A DNA stretch of 64,000 nt from an uncultured Chloroflexia bacterium. Lineage in GTDB: Bacteria > Chloroflexota > Limnocylindria > Limnocylindrales > CSP1-4. The translations under genes were made by a program, and so were the position numbers. Positions within the stretch are counted from its first letter, which is position 1, and every line of letters starts with the position of its first letter. Where the stretch lies: positions 64,001-128,000 of the forward strand of contig CAVVCZ010000004.1 of NCBI GenBank assembly GCA_963746845.1, read 5' to 3'. Below the pieces are notes generated by a model. The model saw only the letters and a program-made list of their open reading frames with translations, searched no databases and was not told the DNA's origin. Shown here in pieces: positions 58,231 to 64,000 of this stretch.

Positions 58231-58683
58231 GTGGACGACACAAACCCCATCGTCGCGGCGCTCGATCAGGCGGGCTACAGGATCACGGCGCCGCGACGCG
58301 CGCTCGCCGACCTCATCGTCGACCACGACGGCCACTTCACGGCATCGGATCTCGCGACAGCCGCCCGGGATCGACGGGCCGGGATCAGCCGCGCGACGCT
58401 GTTCCGGGCCCTGGACCTGCTCGTCGAGCTCGGCGTGGTGGAGCGGCTCGACCTGCCGAACGGCGACCACGCCTACGTCCCGTGCGCCGCCGCTCATCAC
58501 CATCACGTCGTCTGCTCGCGCTGCGGGCGGACCGCCGAGGTCGACGACGCGGGTCTGACGGACGCCGTCCGGGAGATCGCCCGGACGAGCGGCTTCCGGA
58601 TCGACACGCATCGACTCGAGCTGTTCGGGCTGTGCCGCCATTGCCAGGCCCGGACCGGCCACGAGCCGGTCGCGCGGGCCTGA
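58231..58683 (+). CDS. zur: Fur family regulator, probably Zur
   Basis: GYRITAPR, RATLFRAL, HHHHVVCSRCG, ELFGLCRHC; adjacent to Znu genes. Confidence 0.85.
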   Translation: MDDTNPIVAALDQAGYRITAPRRALADLIVDHDGHFTASDLATAARDRRAGISRATLFRALDLLVELGVVERLDLPNGDHAYVPCAAAHHHHVVCSRCGRTAEVDDAGLTDAVREIARTSGFRIDTHRLELFGLCRHCQARTGHEPVARA

Positions 58684-58722
58684 GTGGAGCGCGTGGCACG
58701 CAGCGGGTCGGCACGACCGACC

Positions 58723-59659
58723 TTGAGACTCAGTCGCAGCATCGCCGGTCTGGCCGCGGTCGGCGTCGCGACGGTCGTCCTCCTCACGGCCTGCGGTGCC
58801 GACCGGCCGGGCGGCACATCGCCGGCCGCCGGGCCGTCGTGGACGCCGGATGCGCTGAAGGTCGTCACGACGACCACCGTCTTCGCCGACATCGTCCGCA
58901 ACGTCGGTGGATCGCGGACGGACGTGACCGTCGATCGTCCCGCCGGCGTCGGACCGGAGGACTACGAGCCGCAACCAGACGACGCCCGCCACCTCGCGGA
59001 CGCCGATCTGATCGTCTCGAACGGTGTCGGGCTCGACGACTTCCTCGATCGCCTGCTCGGCTCGACGGGGAGCAGCTCCGCCAAACGGCTGGTTCTCGGC
59101 GACGGTCTACCGACGATCGACGTCGACGGCGAGCCGAACCCGCACTTCTGGCTTGATCCGACGATCGTGAAGACCGGCTACCTGCCGAAGATCGTCGACC
59201 GCCCTGTCGGCGGCGGCGCCCGCGGATCGCGCGACGTTCGAGGCGAACGCGACCGACTACGGCGCGCAGCTCGACGCCCTCGACACCGAGCTGAAGGCCG
59301 AGGTCGCGACGATCCCTGCGGCGAATCGGAAGCTCGTCACGTTCCACGACGCGTTCCCGTACCTCGCCCGCCACTTCGGGTTCGAGCTCGTCGGCGTCGT
59401 CCTGCGCAACGTCGGCCAGGAGCCGACGGCCGCCGACCTGGCCGCGCTGGTCGAGAAGGTCAAGGCGGCCGGCGTCACGGCCGTCTTCTCCGAGGCCCAG
59501 TTCAGCCCGAAGCTCGCCCAGACCCTGGCCGACGAGGCCGGCATCAAGCAGGTCGTGACGACCCTCTACAACGACGCCCTCGGCCCGCCTCCGGCGGACA
59601 CCTACCTCGGGCATGATGCGCTGGGACATGCGGACAGATCGTCAAGGCGCTCCGAGTGA
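58723..59659 (+). CDS. znuA: Zn/Mn ABC substrate-binding lipoprotein (several frameshifts)
   Basis: Lipobox LTAC, VVTTTTVFADIV, NGVGL, NPHFWLDP; after about 59198 continues TFHDAFPYLARHFG, VFSEAQF; start/end approximate. Confidence 0.8.
58724..58738. promoter_or_regulatory. Second Fur/Zur-type 7-1-7 box
   Basis: TGAGACT-C-AGTCGCA overlapping the probable znuA start. Confidence 0.65.
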
Positions 59660-60540
59660 GCAGCGGACCACCCGGTCCCCATCGACCGCGCGCGTCGGAC
59701 GGTGGTCGAGGAGGGGTTCCGGACTGGTCTCCCATCGGTCCGGCTCGACCATGTGACGGCTGCGCTACGGGCCGCGGATCGCCCTCAGCGACGTCAGTCT
59801 CGAGGTCCGACCGGGGTCGCTGCTCGCGGTGATCGGGCCGAATGGCGCCGGCAAGAGCACGCTCCTGAAGCTGATCGCCGGGCTGCTCAGGCCGGACGCC
59901 GGCTCGATCTCCGTGCTCGGGGCGCCGCCCGGCGTCCACGCCCGAGACGTCGCCTACGTCCCGCAGGCGGAGGCGGTCGATTGGGACTTCCCGGTCACCG
60001 TCGGCGAGGTCGCGATGATGGGTCGCTACGCCCGGCTCGGGTTCGGGCGGCGGCCCGGACGGCACGACCACCACGTCGTCGGGGTCGCGCTCGAGACGGT
60101 CGGGATGCACGATCTCTTCGATCGCCAGATCGGCGCGCTGTCGGGCGGTCAGCGCCGGCGGGTGTTCCTCGCCCGAGGCGATCGCGGCAGAGCCCGAGAT
60201 CTACCTGCTCGACGAGCCGGTGACCGGCGTCGACGCCACGACCCAGGAAGAGCTGATGGACGTCCTGGAGGCCGAGGCCCGCGCGGGCAAGACGGTGATC
60301 GCGTCGACCCACGACCTGATCTGTGCGGCGCAGCGGTTCCACGAGGCCGCGTTCATCAACGGCCGCGTCGTCGCGACCGGACCCGCCGAGATGGTCCTCG
60401 ACCGCCAGCTGCTGTCCGACACCTATGGCGGCCATGTCCTGATCCTCCCCGGCGACGGGGACCGGCTGGTCCTCGACGACGCCCACCACCACGACGACGC
60501 GGCCGGCGGCGAGCGGCATTTTCACGACGGGGGCGTGTGA
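59656..60540 (+). CDS. znuC: Zn/Mn ABC ATPase (frameshifts near 59765 and 60178)
   Basis: GPNGAGKST, YVPQ..DWDFP, LSGGQ, LLDEP, His-rich tail DDAHHHDD..RHFHD. Confidence 0.82.
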
Positions 60541-61410
60541 TGGACGTCGTCGGCTTCTTCACCGATCCGCTCGCGTACGGGTTCATGCAGCGCGGACTCG
60601 TCGCGGCGATCCTCGTCGGGGTCGTCTGCGCGGTCATGGGGACGTTCGTGGTCCTCAAGGGCCTGGCGTTCATCGGCGATGCCGTGAGCCATGCGTCGTT
60701 CCCCGGCGTCGTCATCGCGTTCATGGCTGGCATCCCGATCTATCTCGGCGGCGCGATCGCGGCGGTCGGGACGGCGCTCGCGATCGGGTTCGTGTCGCGT
60801 CGCAGCCGGCTCCGTCTCGACACCTCGATCGGCGTCCTGTTCGCCGGAGCGTTCGCCCTCGGCGTGCTCCTGTACTCGTCGATCGAGTCGTACACCGGCG
60901 ATCTGCTCGGCTACCTGCTCGGCAACATCCTCGGGATCGGGATCGGCGACCTGATCCAGGTCGCGATCCTCGGCGTCGTTCGTCGTGGTCGTCGTGATCG
61001 CGATCCGCAAGGAGCTGCTGTACGCCACCTTCGATCCGCTCGGCGCCGCCGCGTCGGGGCTGCCCGTGTCCTTCCTGGAGTACCTGCTCCTCGGACTGCT
61101 CGGCGTGACGATCATCGTCAGCATCCAGGCCGTCGGGATCATCCTCGTGGTCGCGATGCTCGTGACGCCCGCGGCGACGGCCCAGCTCCTCGTGATCCGG
61201 TTCGAGCGGTTGATGGCGCTGGCGGTCGCGCTCGCGGCGATCGCTGCCGTCGTCGGGCTGTACGGGAGCTTCTACCTCAACGTCGCGTCGGGACCGGCGA
61301 TCGTGCTGATCGAGACCGGGTTCTTCCTGGCGGCGCTCGTCCTCGGGCCGCGGACGGGGCTCCTGTCCCGCCGCCACGCGGTCACGGTCGCCGGACCAGT
61401 CCCCAGCTGA
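60540..61410 (+). CDS. znuB: Zn/Mn ABC permease (frameshift near 60980)
   Basis: FMQRGL, GDAVSHASFPG, TFDP, VGIILVVAMLVTPAATA, SGPAIV. Confidence 0.85.
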
Positions 61411-61732
61411 TCCCGTCCGGGGCGGTGAAGACCGCGATCTCGTCGCCGTCCGGCAGCGCCTGGGGCGGCATCACGACCGTCCCGCCCGCCTCGACGGCGG
61501 CTGCGAGGGTGGCCGCCACGTCGTCCGTCGCGACGAAGAGCTGGACGAAGGGCCGCGCTTCGGGCGGCGCCGGCCAGATCCCGCCCCCGACGCCCGCGTC
61601 ATCCGCGGCCACTCGCCGGTACCCGAGGTGGTTCGCCGACTCGACCGACCAGCCGAACAGCCGTTGATAGAACGCGGCGGCACCGTCGGCGTCGCCGGTC
61701 AGGATCTGCCACTCGACGACGTGCGAACCCAT
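61382..61732 (-). CDS. VOC/glyoxalase family protein
   Basis: AAFYQRLFGW, AGGTVVMPP, FTAPDG. Confidence 0.85.
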   Translation of the reverse strand: MGSHVVEWQILTGDADGAAAFYQRLFGWSVESANHLGYRRVAADDAGVGGGIWPAPPEARPFVQLFVATDDVAATLAAAVEAGGTVVMPPQALPDGDEIAVFTAPDGISWGLVRRP

Positions 61733-61762
61733 CGGTCTCCCTCCCAGCCCTCGACCGAGCCG

Positions 61763-62008
61763 CTACTGCTGGTAGCGCTCGACGACGTCCGCCGCGCGTG
61801 TCTCCGCGTCCTTCGGGTCCAGACCGGCCGCCCGACGCGCCTCGCGCTGGTGGAGGAGGTCGTAGCAGCGATCGAGCTCGACCTTGATCGCCGCGAGCCG
61901 ATCGTGCTCCTCGGCCGTCAGGCCGTGCCCGTCACCGGCGTGCTCCCAGAGGTGCTCCTCCTCGTCGGAGAGGGCGTTGATCCGCCCGAAGATGTCGCCG
62001 TCGATCAT
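61763..62008 (-). CDS. DUF2630 family protein
   Basis: INALSDEE..VELDRCYDLLHQREARR..VVERYQQ. Confidence 0.85.
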   Translation of the reverse strand: MIDGDIFGRINALSDEEEHLWEHAGDGHGLTAEEHDRLAAIKVELDRCYDLLHQREARRAAGLDPKDAETRAADVVERYQQ

Positions 62009-62105
62009 CGTGTCGTTCCTCAGCGGGCGGCCATCGTACGACCGGCATCGGATCCCCGTCCCGCGTAGAGTCGGGTCCAGCGCCAACCAGCGTGGGGAGG
62101 AGCCA

Positions 62106-62585
62106 ATGGACGAGGCGTCCGTCATCGACTACATCATCGGGTCGTTCGAGGCCGTCGATCGGGTCGAGGCCGACGGCAACTCGTTCTTCTCGTACGACCC
62201 GGAGCACAAGATCCCGTTCGCGACGATCGTCACGAGCAATCTGTACGACCGCTTCTCCGACCTCGATCGACCCGGCGTCTACCGGCTCAACATCGGTGTC
62301 GGGCGCGAGACGTGGGCGTCCCTGTTCGGTCCCCTGACGCGGAGCAAGCCGGGCGATCACGGGTTGGGATCCGGCAGTGACAAGGCCTGGGACTTCACCG
62401 CGCTCGACACCCTGATGCCCCACCCGGTTTATGGACGGATGCACTGGATCTGCGTGCTGAACCCGTCCGAGTCGACGTTCGAGACGATCAAGCCCCACCT
62501 GTCCGAGGCGTACGACCTCGATGTCGCCCGGACCGTGATGCGCGCGTCCGCCAGGGCGGCGCGTCCGGCCGCGAACGAGGGCTGA
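62106..62585 (+). CDS. DUF6194-like protein
   Basis: PFATIV, SDLDRPGVYRLNIG, DFTALDTLMPHPVYG..W..VLNP. Confidence 0.75.
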   Translation: MDEASVIDYIIGSFEAVDRVEADGNSFFSYDPEHKIPFATIVTSNLYDRFSDLDRPGVYRLNIGVGRETWASLFGPLTRSKPGDHGLGSGSDKAWDFTALDTLMPHPVYGRMHWICVLNPSESTFETIKPHLSEAYDLDVARTVMRASARAARPAANEG

Positions 62586-62647
62586 TCCCGGATCGGCGCA
62601 GATGCGTGCGCCGGATCCGGCAGCGGGCGGTCGCGCCCGCGCGTTCG

Positions 62648-62894
62648 TCAGGCGCCCTCGCTGACCTCGTACAGCACGCCGGCGACGAGACCGGGGCCTC
62701 GCGGTGGACCTGGTTCGCGGTCTCGCGGTCCGGTGCGTCGACGAGGCAGAACACCTTGCCCGCCTCCTCGTCCACCCAGTAGTGCTTGTAGTTGACGCCG
62801 TAGGCGCCCTGGACGCGGACGTCCGCGGCATGGGCCCCGCGGCGGCATCGGCGGTCACGCCCGGGATGTCGTGGATATCCAGATAGGTCGACAC
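62648..62894 (-). CDS. DUF4242 / SCO4226-type putative nickel-binding protein (frameshifted)
   Basis: YLDIHD..HAAD..YWVDEEAGKVFCLVDAP..VHREA assembled across frames. Confidence 0.78.
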
Positions 62895-63207
62895 AGCAAC
62901 CCTCCCTGATGGTGGGGCGCGAGTGGATCTCGTCCCTCACCGCTCGGAACGCCCGTTGCTCGCGCAATGGTTTCGCCGGGGCTGCCTGCCGCGCCAGGCC
63001 ATTTCGGGTGGAACTCCAGGTTCTGGTCCGATCGGCTACGATGCCGCGCGTTCCTGGAGTCGGCCATGGCGGGCGTTCCGTGGTGCGTTCCGTCATCGTC
63101 TGCGGCCGCCGGAGTTGCGCGAGCGATTGACGGCTGCCATCGCGACCGCGACTGTGCGTGAACATCAACCGACGCCAGACGTTCTCAGACCACCACGGAG
63201 GGCCTCG

Positions 63208-64000
63208 ATGCGGACCGGCGCGCCGGCGAACATGCCGCGACGGCGACGGCGACGGGCGGCGACACGAGCGATCGGCGTCGCCGCCGCCGTCAGCCTCCTG
63301 GTCGGTGCGGGCTCCGCTCCTGTCTCCGCGGCGTCGACGGATCTCCTCGCCGCACCGGTCCCGTACGCGACGGGCACGAACCCGCATTCGGTGGCCGTCG
63401 GCGACGTGAACCTGGACGGCAAGCTCGACCTGGTCGTCGGCAACGCGCACAGCAACAACGTCAGCGTCCTGCTCGGCAACGGCGACGGGACGTTCGGCAA
63501 CAAGCACGACGTGAGCGTGGGGAGGAGCCCGAAGTCCGTCACCCTCGCCGACTTCGACGGCGACACCAGGCTCGACCTGGCCGTCGTCAACCAGGACGAC
63601 AGCACGATGAGCATCCTGCTCGGGGACGGCACCGGCACCTTCACGCTGAAGGCGACGGCCGGCACCTGCACGCACGGTCACGACATCACCACCGGCGACT
63701 TCGACAACGACGGGAAGCGCGACGTCGCGGTCGCCTGCTGGGGCAGCAGCTCGCTGAGCATCCACCTCGGCAACGGCGACGGCACCTTCCAGGCGAAGCT
63801 GGACATCCTCTCGGGGAGCGCGCCGCACTCGCTGGTCGTGGGACGGTTCAACGCCGACGCGTTCGACGACATCGCCGTCGCCAATCACGGTGGCGACAAC
63901 GTCGGGGTCCTCCTCGGCAAGGGCAACGGCGCGTTCGACGCTGTGGTCACATACGGCGTCGGAGACGGCCCGCATTCCATCCGCGCCGCCGACCTCGATG
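63208..64000 (+). CDS. Secreted FG-GAP/VCBS repeat protein (3'-truncated)
   Basis: GGAGG RBS, Arg-rich signal peptide, repeats VGDVNLDGKLDL..VSVLLGNGDGTF, ADFDGDTRLDL, GDFDNDGKRD. Confidence 0.88.
   Translation, partial: MRTGAPANMPRRRRRRAATRAIGVAAAVSLLVGAGSAPVSAASTDLLAAPVPYATGTNPHSVAVGDVNLDGKLDLVVGNAHSNNVSVLLGNGDGTFGNKHDVSVGRSPKSVTLADFDGDTRLDLAVVNQDDSTMSILLGDGTGTFTLKATAGTCTHGHDITTGDFDNDGKRDVAVACWGSSSLSIHLGNGDGTFQAKLDILSGSAPHSLVVGRFNADAFDDIAVANHGGDNVGVLLGKGNGAFDAVVTYGVGDGPHSIRAADLD

Overview
Very GC-rich bacterial chromosome segment with about 62 CDSs. No rRNA, tRNA, CRISPR array, transposase or phage gene is recognisable. Gene style suggests Chloroflexota (Limnocylindria/Ellin6529-like), but that is inference only. 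Content: aceE, pncA and a 5'-3' exonuclease, an ECF sigma/anti-sigma pair, small stress-type genes, a PAS-GAF histidine kinase, a MarR-divergent amino-acid catabolic cluster, a TM0106 RecB-nuclease/SF1 helicase, a NEW3-ABC cassette, alkyl-DHAP-synthase-like + FGGY kinase, SCO1664/DUF3090, pxpABC, a class A PBP, a copper operon and a Zur/Znu locus. About 15 single-base frameshifts split otherwise intact genes, most likely consensus errors. Best candidate for an undescribed system: a 4-TM, His/Glu-containing leader protein (52505-53182) ending in a RAPP arrest motif directly upstream of a YtkA-like/CopC-CopD/cytochrome c operon. Its RAPP codons are complementary to the next gene's Shine-Dalgarno and close a tightly packed four-hairpin RNA junction, suggesting a nascent-chain metal-sensing translational switch. 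Other non-coding signals: a 124-bp repeat with compensatory base changes (2 copies), a 4-copy 28-bp motif with 50-bp period in inverted arrangement, two Zur-type boxes, a MarR operator, and pervasive leaderless promoters.
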